NCBI GenBank assembly: GCA_963666485.2
Contig: CAXXUO010000002.1
Span: 605,466-669,465, forward strand
DNA: 64,000 nt
From: Syntrophorhabdaceae bacterium
GTDB taxonomy: Bacteria; Desulfobacterota; Syntrophorhabdia; Syntrophorhabdales; Syntrophorhabdaceae
Direction of reading: 5' to 3'
In this document: piece after piece, positions 38,212 to 47,986 of the stretch
How the letters are laid out: every line of letters starts with the position of its first letter
Position numbering within the stretch: the first letter of the stretch is position 1
Notes under the pieces: generated by a model
Told to the model about the DNA's origin: nothing
What the model saw: the letters and a program-made list of their open reading frames with translations, nothing else
Database searches by the model: none
Program-made: the position numbers and the translations under genes

Positions 38212-39090
38212 ATGGGCCGTTTTGAAGGCATTAATCCAATCGACATGAATGTTTTCTTAAAATTAAACAAAACCCTCCTCATACTTTTGACCGAAGCACT
38301 AGCCGGTAGACTGGGAAAGCAAGACGGGTCTTTCGATTGGAAGAACGAAAAAGGCTGGGAACTTCCTATCATGGAATGGGAGCCGCTCGTGCCGACACAT
38401 GGGAATTTCGCCGGACCGGGATACAGTTGCGGAAAGCGCGGGGAGTTTTCTCCTCAAGAAATAAGGGATTATGCCATCGCCCGAATATACGATTCCAAGC
38501 TAGGCAAAATGCGCCCAGATTATGTTGATGTCCTCGCGCAAAAACATGATCTTGCATACGCCGAGGCCAAGGGAAAACCCGATTACTGGGAACAAATCCG
38601 TATAGCCGACAGGATATTAGTAACCGATACCCAAAAACTTCTCGACGGCACATCCCCCCTATTCTCCGACGGCGGGAAGATGACCCCCGGCGAGAGCGCG
38701 TACGCCGAGTCCATGCTCGACGGCTTCAAGCTGAAGCTCGTCATGATGGACGAGCCTTCCTCCGTATTCGAGAGGTTCAGGAATTCCGGGTATGGCAAGA
38801 ATGAGATAAATGACTTTTTCAATAATCTGTCCCAGGGGATGCAATTCCTTAAACCCCGTGATCTCTTCCGCAGGCTTCATTTATCCGAGAACGAGATACA
38901 GGAGATAGAACAGAGTGTTGTTGTATGGTGCAGCCAGAACGGTCTGGATAGCAGCACAATCCTAAAAGCCGACGCTCCCGGCCCCGACAAAAACACCCTC
39001 GACACCGCCTCGGTGCTGGGTTCCCCTAATGACCAATACGCCGACAACGATCAGGATTATTATTTCGGGCCGGGGATGGGAATGGGATAA
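38212..39090 (+). CDS. Phospholipase A2-like protein (candidate toxin)
   Basis: HGNFAGPG Ca-loop-like, VDVLAQKHDLAY His-Asp dyad, ADRIL. Confidence 0.65.
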   Translation: MGRFEGINPIDMNVFLKLNKTLLILLTEALAGRLGKQDGSFDWKNEKGWELPIMEWEPLVPTHGNFAGPGYSCGKRGEFSPQEIRDYAIARIYDSKLGKMRPDYVDVLAQKHDLAYAEAKGKPDYWEQIRIADRILVTDTQKLLDGTSPLFSDGGKMTPGESAYAESMLDGFKLKLVMMDEPSSVFERFRNSGYGKNEINDFFNNLSQGMQFLKPRDLFRRLHLSENEIQEIEQSVVVWCSQNGLDSSTILKADAPGPDKNTLDTASVLGSPNDQYADNDQDYYFGPGMGMG

Positions 39091-39120
39091 GGATGTCCGC
39101 CATCACGTCAAGATGTTCTG

Positions 39121-39381
39121 TCACAATGCCCTACCGTCACCCCGGCGACGGCCGGGGTCCAGTGTCTTCTTCAGTCGTTTTAGCATCTCATCGTAACTGA
39201 TCAATGGCTCTGTTGCTCTTTCTTCGAACGCGGATATATCTTCGGTATCTTCTGCAAAAGATCTTTTGACAGCATCATTGACAAGATCGGAAACTGACCG
39301 GGATGTCTCGACGGCCTTAAGCCTCAGGGCCTTGTAAACATGAGGGTCCAGGTATATTATTGTCCGCTTCGTTGCCGGCAT
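39121..39381 (-). CDS. CopG/RHH antitoxin-like protein with REP sequence in its 3' end
   Basis: KRTIIYLDP..YKALRLKAVETSRSVSDLVNDAV...ED..D...EERATEP. Confidence 0.8.
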   Translation of the reverse strand: MPATKRTIIYLDPHVYKALRLKAVETSRSVSDLVNDAVKRSFAEDTEDISAFEERATEPLISYDEMLKRLKKTLDPGRRRGDGRAL

Positions 39382-39417
39382 AACCACCTCTATGTGCTTA
39401 CTATTTAGTCCCGGGCC

Positions 39418-39702
39418 TTACATTGGCCTGAGATGTACTTCAAGGCGGCAGCCAAGGGCACGGGCATATTTTTGCAGTGTGGCAAGGGACGGGGAGTGCT
39501 TGCCTTTTCCGGATTCCAGGCGGGCAATGGCCGACTGGGTTGTGCCTATCCGCTTTGCCAATTCTTCCTGGGTTATTCCAGCCGCGGTACGGGCTTTCAA
39601 GAATTCATCAAGCAGATCGAATTCATCGGCAAGGCGATCATATTCCGCCTTCACCTCCGGACGCTCAAGAGCTTTTTTCTTTAATTCTTTATGTGTCAAC
39701 AT
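39418..39702 (-). CDS. XRE/HigA-like HTH protein (orphan antitoxin)
   Basis: TQEELAKRIGTTQSAIARLESG, PSLATLQKYA; upstream palindrome ttatagcatatttgctataa. Confidence 0.88.
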   Translation of the reverse strand: MLTHKELKKKALERPEVKAEYDRLADEFDLLDEFLKARTAAGITQEELAKRIGTTQSAIARLESGKGKHSPSLATLQKYARALGCRLEVHLRPM

Positions 39703-39828
39703 ACTTAACCTCTTTCATTGCTTATAGCATATTTGCTATAATAGGTACAAAGAACTTCTTTCAACCACCTCTCCTCCCGTTCTTTTCCCATATTGCAATT
39801 ATCTCCATGTTTATCTAATATTGAACGT

Positions 39829-40428
39829 ATGCTGTCCCGCACCATACGAATCCCCGTTTTCGTCTTCATCATTCTTCTCGCCGCGCACACCCTCTTCCTG
39901 CCTTCCCCGGCGGCAGGCCGGAATACGACAACGAATAAGAGCGCCAAGGAACAGCTGTTCATCGCGGTGCAGAAAAACGATATGGGGAAAGTGAAACTGG
40001 CCCTCAAGAATGGGGCGAATATCAATGCCCGGACGGAAACCGGGCAGACTGTCCTGCATCTCGTTCAGGACGCGCAGCTGGCCAAATTCCTCATCGAAAA
40101 AGGGGCGGGGGTGAATGCGAGGGACTACGACTTTGACATGACGCCCATTTATTTTCAGAAAGTGGAGATCGCGAAGCTCCTCCATAAAGCCGGGGCAGAT
40201 GTCAACGCCAGGGCTAAAAAGGGGATCACGCCCCTCATGTGGTACACGTACAGTAATTACGTCGACGGCCTGACATTTCTCGTAGCAAACGGTGCCCACG
40301 TCAACATTGTGAACACTGAAGGCAGCACCGCCCTCGATATCGCCGAGCGCTTCGGGCACAGGGAGTCAGCCGCGTACCTCAGGTCCGCAGGCGCGAAGAC
40401 GGCGGCGGAGCTGGGTAAACGGGATTAG
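39829..40428 (+). CDS. Exported ankyrin-repeat protein
   Basis: GANINAR..GQTVLH, GADVNAR..GITPL, GSTALD. Confidence 0.92.
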   Translation: MLSRTIRIPVFVFIILLAAHTLFLPSPAAGRNTTTNKSAKEQLFIAVQKNDMGKVKLALKNGANINARTETGQTVLHLVQDAQLAKFLIEKGAGVNARDYDFDMTPIYFQKVEIAKLLHKAGADVNARAKKGITPLMWYTYSNYVDGLTFLVANGAHVNIVNTEGSTALDIAERFGHRESAAYLRSAGAKTAAELGKRD

Positions 40429-40484
40429 AGCGCCCCTGCAAGTCTTCTCTTCCCTTTTTTTCAACAACGGTATAGAGTTTCGGA

Positions 40485-41321
40485 GTGGATCATCGTCCGG
40501 CGGCCGACACCTACCCGTATGCCTTGAAAACGGCGTTGCAGGAGAGTTACTTCGAGAACATCCTTGACGCCAACATGTTCACCGCATACATTCCCCGGGA
40601 CGCGGAGGTTCCCCTCTTCGCGGACCCCCGCAAGTCCGGGACAGCGAACGTCGGGACATACCGCCAGCCCGGCCACGTGAATTTCCCCCACATCAACCAG
40701 GTCTTCAGCTGTATCGGTTATATAAAGCGCATCCAGAACCTCGACAACCTGAAATACCTTCCCGTCCTCTACGAGGAGCTCGGCAGGTTCCTCAACGTCA
40801 TGGAGGACATCACGTACAGCCTCGATATTATGGTGCCCCGGGAGATCTACGAGGCGCACAAGCGCGGCTTCGAAAGCTTCGCCGGCACTTATCACGCCGC
40901 CCGCAGCAAGGATGTGGAATGGATCGAGCAGGTCCGCAAGCACCAGTTCCTCTACCTTGAAAAGATCGACACACTCATTGAAACGCTCAGGGCCCGCCGC
41001 TGCGTCTTCGATAACAGCGAAGAGCCGCTCTACGCGGACATAATATCCGCATGCCGCGGCCTCGCCGACCGCGACCCGTCAGGCAACGGCACATCTTTCG
41101 ACACGAATTGCGCCTTCATCGCCAGCTGCTGCACAAGGGCCGCTCTGGACGGCCGGTCCAAGGTCCTCTGGTCCGGCGACGGGCAGGTCCTGAGACTCCT
41201 CAAGCACATCTACACCATCCCCGATATCCGCGGCTCCTTCCCCCAGGTCTACCTGCGTTCGTCCTACTACCCCATGAACTTCGCCGAACTCTTCCCGAAG
41301 TGGCACGGAAAGCCTGCATAA
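40485..41321 (+). CDS. Hypothetical protein, possibly divergent PIN fold
   Basis: ILDAN, IMVPREIYE, FDT..FIA, LWSGD. Confidence 0.6.
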   Translation: MDHRPAADTYPYALKTALQESYFENILDANMFTAYIPRDAEVPLFADPRKSGTANVGTYRQPGHVNFPHINQVFSCIGYIKRIQNLDNLKYLPVLYEELGRFLNVMEDITYSLDIMVPREIYEAHKRGFESFAGTYHAARSKDVEWIEQVRKHQFLYLEKIDTLIETLRARRCVFDNSEEPLYADIISACRGLADRDPSGNGTSFDTNCAFIASCCTRAALDGRSKVLWSGDGQVLRLLKHIYTIPDIRGSFPQVYLRSSYYPMNFAELFPKWHGKPA

Positions 41322-41363
41322 GCCTGGAACGTCGGTTTCAAGTTTCATGAGAAAAGAAGACTT

Positions 41364-41698
41364 CCTCTCGCCCGTTCGTCGCTTTCGCTCCTCTCTCGAG
41401 TTCGCGGAGTTCGCGGAGAAAGGCGGAGGCCGCGGGAGCCCCGAGCCGACCATTGCCACCCGCCAATAGCAAGCTCTTAGGCGGGTACCCGGCTATCAGG
41501 GCTGCATCTTCCATCCTGCCCTTCAGACAGGATGGACCGCTTGGACCGTTAATTCCCTTGTATCGTTTTTTTCTTTTCCTCGGCGAAGCCGACGAAAGTG
41601 CCGGCTGGTCGTGGTCGGCTCCGCGACCAGCCGGCAAAGTCTTTCCCCTTCGCAGTTCTCCGTGAACTCTGCGAGCTCGAGCGAAGCGGGCGAGAGAG
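41364..41698. mobile_element. ~330-bp MITE-like element, copy 2
   Basis: Matches 20564-20860 plus an internal insert; partial third copy ~42703-42830. Confidence 0.8.
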
Positions 41699-41756
41699 TG
41701 CCTTTTGCCTCAACCTGCCATAAATCTCGGTATCTAATCCCGCTGCCAGGCCCCGA

Positions 41757-42083
41757 TCAGAAATGCAGAGGGAAAACGAACGTTATCCCCGGCGGGGGCG
41801 GCGGCGGGGCCACGACGACAGGGGGAGGAGCGTATACGGGATACGGGTAATAGTACCCGGGGTAATAGTACCGCCGATGGCGATCGTAATAACCCCCGCG
41901 CCCGTCATAATACCCTCCGTGCCCGTCATGGCGGGCTCCCCCGTAGTAATAACCCCCGCGGTACCCGTCCCGCGCGAACGCAGGCGGTGCCAGCATTGTC
42001 ACAATAATAAGGACCAGGACCGCGATCAGCACGCATAGCACGGTCACCCTGGTATTCCCGGTCTGTTCTTTCGATCTTTTCAT
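41757..42083 (-). CDS. Exported Gly/Tyr/Pro-rich small protein
   Basis: Signal peptide (AFA), GGYY repeats, YPYPVYAPPPVVVAPPP. Confidence 0.8.
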   Translation of the reverse strand: MKRSKEQTGNTRVTVLCVLIAVLVLIIVTMLAPPAFARDGYRGGYYYGGARHDGHGGYYDGRGGYYDRHRRYYYPGYYYPYPVYAPPPVVVAPPPPPPGITFVFPLHF

Positions 42084-42115
42084 GAGGTCCTCCAACTTGC
42101 GGCGTACGCCGGGCC

Positions 42116-42592
42116 CTACCTCTTCTTCTGGCCTTTCCGCTGGCCGTGCTCCGTGAAGATCGTATCGGCGTTCTTTTTCTGTTCGGGGGACATGATGTTG
42201 TACAGGGGTTCAAAGGCCGCAATGAAATTCTTCAATCCCGCGGCATGCTCATCGGTGATCCTGTTGTAGGCCTTGAGGTCCTCGACGGCATTCAGCGTGT
42301 TCCCCTTCGCCCTCCTCTCCTCGATAAGCGCCTCCATTCTCACCGCGTTGTCCCGCATCACGGCAGCAAGCTTGGTCCACTGTTCTTCCTGCGCAGGCGT
42401 GATCATGAGCCGCTTGTGATAATCGTTGATTCTGTCCTCGGTGCGTTCGACCTTAGATTTCCCCGATTTGCCCGCGGCCGCGGACTGTGCCTGTGCCGTC
42501 AGCGGGTCCGCAAAAACAACCGTCATGCAAAAGAGCACAGCCGCAACAAAGACCGTCGCGATGTAGACGGGCCTGGGAATAGTACGTTTCAT
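42116..42592 (-). CDS. Spy/CpxP-like (LTXXQ) periplasmic protein
   Basis: LMITPAQEEQW, LYNIMSPEQKKNAD. Confidence 0.85.
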   Translation of the reverse strand: MKRTIPRPVYIATVFVAAVLFCMTVVFADPLTAQAQSAAAGKSGKSKVERTEDRINDYHKRLMITPAQEEQWTKLAAVMRDNAVRMEALIEERRAKGNTLNAVEDLKAYNRITDEHAAGLKNFIAAFEPLYNIMSPEQKKNADTIFTEHGQRKGQKKR

Positions 42593-42887
42593 AATCTTAC
42601 CTCCGTCTCGTTTTTGTTTTTTTCTTTCCGTACCTGCCATCATACCGTAGGTATCAAGCCGGCCGATGTCAACGCGGGCAACCCCGGACAGGGCCAAAAG
42701 ACCTCTCTCGCCCGTTGCCACCCAACATTAGCAAGCTTGGAAGTTGGGTACCCGGCTATCATGGAGCTCGCAGAGGACGCAGAGAAAGGCGGAAGGCCGG
42801 CATCTTCGTCGGCTTCGCCAAAGGGAAAGAAATCGAGATGACTTCTCTTGACCTTGTGAGTATTTATGGTATACTTTATATACAATA

Positions 42888-43157
42888 ATGGAATTCGCAT
42901 TCGACAGGGAAAAAAGTCTTAGAAATAAGGCAAAACACGGTATTGATTTCGTTGAAGCGCAGTTAATATGGAACGACCCGGAACGTATTGAGATTCCTGC
43001 AAGGACGGAGGACGAGGCCCGTTATCTGGTGATAGGCAAGATCGGCAACCGTCACTGGTCGGTAGTTATTACGTACAGAGATCTGAAGATACGAGTAATT
43101 TCAGCGCGCAGGGCGCGCAAAGAGGAGAAAAGGCTCTATGAAAGCCAGGGAATTTGA
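42888..43157 (+). CDS. brnT: BrnT-family toxin
   Basis: MEFAFDREKSLRNKAKHGIDF, EARYLVIG, IRVISARRA. Confidence 0.93.
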   Translation: MEFAFDREKSLRNKAKHGIDFVEAQLIWNDPERIEIPARTEDEARYLVIGKIGNRHWSVVITYRDLKIRVISARRARKEEKRLYESQGI

Positions 43158-43362
43158 CAAGAAATTTGATGAGGGAAAAGATATATCCGAACATCTGGAC
43201 CTTTCCGGGGCAAAAAGGCCGGGGCGCGCCAGCAAGAGGATCAACGTCGACCTTCCAGAGTGGATGGTCGCCTCTCTCGACGAAGAAGCCAAACGCCTGG
43301 GCGTAACAAGACAGTCAATCATCAAGGTCTGGCTGGCGGAAAGACTCAAAAAAGCGTCGTAA
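43138..43362 (+). CDS. brnA: BrnA/CopG-type antitoxin
   Basis: MKAREFDKKFDEG, RINVDLPEWM..LD.EA.RLGVTRQSIIKVW. Confidence 0.9.
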   Translation: MKAREFDKKFDEGKDISEHLDLSGAKRPGRASKRINVDLPEWMVASLDEEAKRLGVTRQSIIKVWLAERLKKAS

Positions 43363-43449
43363 GGTCATCCCCCGGGTAAATTCCAGCGCGTCATTCACAG
43401 CCATCGCGATATCCGCTATATAGTCAGAAATATCCCGGTCCCTATACAT
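43363..43449 (-). pseudogene. Truncated HepT/DUF86 toxin (first ~29 codons)
   Basis: MYRDRDISDYIADIAMAVNDALEFTRGMT overlaps the MNT stop, then runs into the brnA 3' end. Confidence 0.7.
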
Positions 43450-43732
43450 ACTCGACCTGGGTCAGGATGTTTTTTCCGATATTCGGCTTCAGGGCCGTTT
43501 CCATCACAAGGTCCACTTTGGCCTGCAATTTATCCTCGAGGTATTCCCGGAGATCGAGAAAGTCGAAAAGATCTATATCACGATCGAAGGCGACCAGGAT
43601 ATCGATGTCACTCCTTTTCTTCTGCGTCCCCCGGACGTGGGACCCAAAAAGTCCCATTCTTTTTACACCATAGCGGGACCTGATCTCAGGTTTGTATCTT
43701 TGCATCACTGAAATGATCTCTTTCTTTCCCAT
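43442..43732 (-). CDS. MNT minimal nucleotidyltransferase antitoxin
   Basis: GLFGSHVRG...SDIDILV, KVDLV. Confidence 0.92.
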   Translation of the reverse strand: MGKKEIISVMQRYKPEIRSRYGVKRMGLFGSHVRGTQKKRSDIDILVAFDRDIDLFDFLDLREYLEDKLQAKVDLVMETALKPNIGKNILTQVEYV

Positions 43733-43844
43733 ATCTCAACCGTTCCTTCAAATAAGAGTATAAGATTCTGCGAATAGTTTCAAGCCTCACGATGGGGTGA
43801 CAGTTCCTCCATCTGCGGCGGAAATGATCCGGGAAGATCTATTT

Positions 43845-43878
43845 TATAACTTGTATGTTATATAACGTGTATGTTATA
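43845..43878. promoter_or_regulatory. Tandem operator-like repeats upstream of the XRE gene
   Basis: tataacttgtatgtta / tataacgtgtatgtta, each containing TAAC-N6-GTTA. Confidence 0.6.
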
Positions 43879-43888
43879 GAGAAGAATA

Positions 43889-44182
43889 ATGAAGAAAGGA
43901 AGATCACTTCAAAATCACATCTCTGAAAAAATGCAGGACCCGGCATTCAAGGCGGCCTGGGCTGAATTGGACCCGGAATTTGAATTACCCGAAATGATCA
44001 TCAAGGCAAGGGAAGAGGCCGGGCTTACTCAGGAAGAGCTCGCCGAACGCATCGGGACCAAACAGCCCGCCCTGTCGCGCCTCGAGAGGGGCGGGTATAA
44101 GAAGGTGAAAATAGAGACATTGATGAAAATTGCGCATGCCCTGAATATGCGGCTGACAATCAGCTTTCAGCCAAAGGGATAA
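43889..44182 (+). CDS. XRE/HigA-like HTH protein (orphan antitoxin)
   Basis: LTQEELAERIGTKQPALSRLERG. Confidence 0.88.
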   Translation: MKKGRSLQNHISEKMQDPAFKAAWAELDPEFELPEMIIKAREEAGLTQEELAERIGTKQPALSRLERGGYKKVKIETLMKIAHALNMRLTISFQPKG

Positions 44183-44297
44183 CCTTTTAAATGCTTGGAT
44201 GACCGTAAGGCCCGCAGACTCGCGGACCGTCCCATGTTTCAGGTCTCGGACCATCCCATCCCCGTCATCCCGGTGCTTGACACCGGGATCCAAGGTT

Positions 44298-44783
44298 CTA
44301 AAGCTTTGGCTCCACGATATATTCTCGTACAAGTTTCTCCTGCAAATCAGTCTCGACCGCACCCGGGATATAGCGCCGCACCCATCGTATCGCCTCATCC
44401 CCGGACAATCCCAGCAAGTGCCTCGCCATGCATGCCATGAAAGTCCCCGTCCTCCCCTGCCCCGCGGAACAGTGAACGACGACATTCCGGCCGGACAGGG
44501 CATGCTCTGTCACCTCATCGATAACCCGCCTCAAAGCAGCAACATCAGGCGTCTCATAATCCTCTACCGGCAGCGCCACAACTTCGAACCCTTTCTCCCT
44601 GTATATACGGTGCAGGTCCATCCCCGCCTTCTTCTCGCACTCCTCGATACTGGCAAGGGGGACGACAACCGAAATGTTATTTTCAATAAATTCCTGCAGC
44701 GCCGTTCTCTCGGGATCGTGTTCGCCGAAGGGCATGGGGCTGCGGTATATCTTGCCTTTCAGTTCGAACGGTATGATCGTCAT
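44298..44783 (-). CDS. Dual-specificity/tyrosine phosphatase
   Basis: P-loop VHCSAGQGRTG; PVED; AVET..Q. Confidence 0.9.
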   Translation of the reverse strand: MTIIPFELKGKIYRSPMPFGEHDPERTALQEFIENNISVVVPLASIEECEKKAGMDLHRIYREKGFEVVALPVEDYETPDVAALRRVIDEVTEHALSGRNVVVHCSAGQGRTGTFMACMARHLLGLSGDEAIRWVRRYIPGAVETDLQEKLVREYIVEPKL

Positions 44784-44818
44784 GGTTCACGTCTCCTTTC
44801 TTAATTTCCCGTCAATTA

Positions 44819-45157
44819 TTATCGTGCAACCGGCAGGGACCGGACGTACTCGCACCATGCCCGGCCAAATTCCAGGTACAGCGCCAGCCGCACGAGACCG
44901 GCCCGCGTGTAGGAGCAATAATTATAGGACGGCATGAAGTGCAGCGTCGCCGTCTGCATAAGCGCATCCAATTCCTTTTGCTCGTCACCGAGCCTTTCCC
45001 AGTGTTTTCCCATGAGGACGAACAACTCCTCCATATCGCAGATACCGAACCGGGCGAGGTCGTCTACCAGCAGCATCTCGTCCCTGCGATCTGAATATAG
45101 GCAGGACAGATAGTCGAGATAGCCGGTCAATGTGTCGAAGGTGAGTTTTCGTCCCAT
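44819..45157 (-). CDS. Hypothetical protein
   Basis: 112-aa ORF; 5' region duplicated at 48099-48192. Confidence 0.55.
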   Translation of the reverse strand: MGRKLTFDTLTGYLDYLSCLYSDRRDEMLLVDDLARFGICDMEELFVLMGKHWERLGDEQKELDALMQTATLHFMPSYNYCSYTRAGLVRLALYLEFGRAWCEYVRSLPVAR

Positions 45158-45313
45158 GGGGAGATTATATCATGGGGAGGTGACAACAGGGTGGCAGGGA
45201 GTGGATTTGAGATTTATGGTTCAGCGGTTACTTAATCTCTTAAGAACGTCCCCCAAAATCATTACAGAGTCCGCCGAGAAACGCGAAAGGGCCGGCCGAT
45301 CCGGAAGTGTTCC

Positions 45314-46501
45314 CTAGTTTTTTAGTCCGCTTTTGAAAAATGCAATTATTTCCCGGGGGTCGTTCTTGAAAACGGTCCCCATCATCCCGAGCGGGACAAC
45401 GCCGATCCTTTTGTCGGCAGGGTATGCGTGGATACCGGGGTAGACCACGAAAAGATGATCGAGCCCGAGGGAGTCGATCGCCACATGCATGGACCTCGTG
45501 ATCTTTGGCGCCTCGTTGAACTTCATCTCGAAGGCGTATCGCTTTCCCCCGTGAAGCAGGAAAAGGTCAACCTCTGCGCCGCTGTAGGTGGCCCAGAAAT
45601 AGGCCTCAGACGGTTTCAGGGACATCAATACCTGTTCGATAGCAAACCCTTCCCATGAAGCCCCGACCCGCGGATGGCCAAGAAGCTCCTGCCGGCTGCC
45701 GACGCCGAGCAGCGAGTGCAAGAGCCCCGTATCACGCAGGTACACCTTGGGCGCTTTGACCTGTCTTTTCCCTATGTTCTCATGCCAGGGCTGCACCTGG
45801 CGGAGCATGAAGGTCCCGGCGAGAATATCAAGATATGAACGGACCGTTTTGTTGGAAAGGCCCATCGACCGTGCCAGCTCGGATGCGTTCCACACCTGGC
45901 CATGATAATGGGCGAGCATGGTCCAGAAGCGCCTCATCGCCGCCGAGGGTATAGTGATTCCCAGCTGCGGGATATCGCGCTCGAGAAATGTGCGGATAAA
46001 GCCCTCGCGCCAGGCGATACTGTCGGTATCCGAAGCGGCAAGGAACGAACGGGGGAAACCTCCCCGCAGCCATAGCTCGTCGAGCCTTTCCCGCCCGATC
46101 TCCGACAGATCGAAACCTGAGAGCTCAACAAATTCAACCCTGCCAGCGAGCGTCTCCGATACTCTTCGAACCACCTGCGGCGAAGCGCTCCCCAGGACAA
46201 GGAACCGGGATGCGGCCCCGGGCCTGTCCGCCAGAACCCGAAGCGTTTTGAACAGGTCCGGCATAACCTGTATCTCATCAATAACGATGAGGCCCGCCAT
46301 AGAACCAAGGACGAGTTCGGGATTCTCCAGCCTTCTTGCATCGGCCTGCGACTCGCAATCGAAATAGGCGGCGCCCCTGGTATCGCCGAATTGACGTGCG
46401 AGAGTCGTCTTTCCACATTGCCTGGGGCCGAGCAGGGCCGTAACGGGAGACCTCCCGCAGGCCTCGGTCAATCTCTCCATATATGCCGGCCGATGGATCA
46501 T
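45314..46501 (-). CDS. AAA_14 ATPase with DUF4143 C-terminal domain
   Basis: GPRQCGKTT, IVIDEIQ, ETLAGR, RGGFP, KVYLRDTG, AEVD..FEMK. Confidence 0.92.
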   Translation of the reverse strand: MIHRPAYMERLTEACGRSPVTALLGPRQCGKTTLARQFGDTRGAAYFDCESQADARRLENPELVLGSMAGLIVIDEIQVMPDLFKTLRVLADRPGAASRFLVLGSASPQVVRRVSETLAGRVEFVELSGFDLSEIGRERLDELWLRGGFPRSFLAASDTDSIAWREGFIRTFLERDIPQLGITIPSAAMRRFWTMLAHYHGQVWNASELARSMGLSNKTVRSYLDILAGTFMLRQVQPWHENIGKRQVKAPKVYLRDTGLLHSLLGVGSRQELLGHPRVGASWEGFAIEQVLMSLKPSEAYFWATYSGAEVDLFLLHGGKRYAFEMKFNEAPKITRSMHVAIDSLGLDHLFVVYPGIHAYPADKRIGVVPLGMMGTVFKNDPREIIAFFKSGLKN

Positions 46502-46513
46502 GGGAACATATTA

Positions 46514-46930
46514 TCATTGAATATTGGGAGTGTCAATCCCAATATTCAAGGAAACATGTGGTTTCAAGTTCCAGAAAAAGGCAGAAAAAGACTTCCTCCC
46601 CTGCCCCGCGGAGCAGTGGACGACGACATTCCGGCCGGACCGCGCATGTTCTATCACCGCATCAATGACCCCGCTCAAGGCCTCCACCTTCGGCGCCGCA
46701 TAATCCTCCACAGGCAAAGCAACAACAACGAACCCTTCATCTTTGTAAAGCCAATGCAGGTCCCTCCCGGCTTTCTCTATGCACTCCCCGACGCTGGCGA
46801 GGGGGACTATGACGGAGATGTCATTTTCGAAACATTCCTGCAAGACGGTTCCCTCGGGGTCGTAGGTGCCGAAGGGCATGGGGGAGCGGAATATTTTGCC
46901 TTTTAGGAGGAAAGGGAGGAGGGTCAGCAT
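46514..46930 (-). pseudogene. Second phosphatase copy, truncated right after the P-loop
   Basis: Matches 44298-44783 up to HCSAGQGR, then unrelated. Confidence 0.8.
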
Positions 46931-47094
46931 TTTTCTCCGTTTCGAAACGAGAAGGGCTTTTAGCGAATTATATCACCTTTTTAGTTTGGAGATATTCACA
47001 TATTCAAGGACGTCCCGGCGCTCCGCGGCGCTCCGTTTCCTCGTTCTGTTCGTGAATGCTACCATGAAATTCTAAAGTGACATGTTCGATTTTC

Positions 47095-47157
47095 ATGGTG
47101 TATTTCCGGGCCACCCGCAACAGTGCTGAGATCGACCTCCTGTTGATCAAGAATGGC
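47095..47157 (+). pseudogene. Fragment of DUF4143 ATPase C-terminus
   Basis: YFRATRNSAEIDLLLIKNG vs YFWATYSGAEVDLFLLHGG. Confidence 0.55.
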
Positions 47158-47218
47158 ACGATACCCGGCGAAGATGCCTCCGACTGCAGTGACCATATTC
47201 GGCATCGTGTTGCGCCTG

Positions 47219-47704
47219 TCAGTCATGGTCCTGTTTTGGCTCCCGCATCGAGGGGGCCGCTGTCAGCGCAGCCGCGATGGAGCACAGGGCCAAAACTACG
47301 ATGGGGACACCGAATACCACGGGTAGCGCGGCCAGCGGACTCATTATGCCTCCTCCGCTTGCGGTGCTGCGTTCCGCGGCGCGCATGGCATGGACCCCCG
47401 CAACCACGGCCAACGTGCCGGGCACCAGCATAACGCCATGCGTGATCAGAAGGGCACGGCGAAACCACGGGCGCAGCCTCCACACCCAACGGCCCAGCAC
47501 GATCATCCAGAGACCGAGCGATCCGAACGGGAGGGCGTAAACAGCGGCCATAAGCAAGGCCCCGGGTAAAGTTGTCCATAAGGTTCCGGAAGACAGGTGC
47601 GGCAGGACCCGAAGCATACCCGCCCCAAAGCATGCCGCGACAGCGAGAAGTGCGAGCCCCCATACAAAATGAAGCAGTGCCAGACATCTGATTACCCATT
47701 TCAT
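47219..47704 (-). CDS. Four-TM membrane protein
   Basis: Four hydrophobic segments. Confidence 0.65.
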   Translation of the reverse strand: MKWVIRCLALLHFVWGLALLAVAACFGAGMLRVLPHLSSGTLWTTLPGALLMAAVYALPFGSLGLWMIVLGRWVWRLRPWFRRALLITHGVMLVPGTLAVVAGVHAMRAAERSTASGGGIMSPLAALPVVFGVPIVVLALCSIAAALTAAPSMREPKQDHD

Positions 47705-47914
47705 GAGACGTCCCGATGTCACCCTTCAGGAGCGACGCGTTTGGCGGCGTCCCCCGCGGGGGATTGTTCGACCTTTGTCTCTCTCCATCGTCCCCATAGC
47801 GTGGGGCAAGGCCTTGCCCTTGCAATGCAGCATTTTCTTGACCTGACCTTTCTTAGACTTTCCTGCTGATTCGCAGCCTCTCATAGACAAAATGTATGAG
47901 TGCAAGACTTGACG

Positions 47915-47986
47915 GCCGTGGGTGCCGAAGGGTATGGGGGAGCGGTATATCTTGCATTTTAGGCGGGAAGAAAGGAAGGCCAGCAT
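47915..47986 (-). pseudogene. Third phosphatase copy, N-terminal ~24 codons only
   Basis: MLAFLSSRLKCKIYRSPIPFGTH; upstream region near-identical to 46925-47020. Confidence 0.75.
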
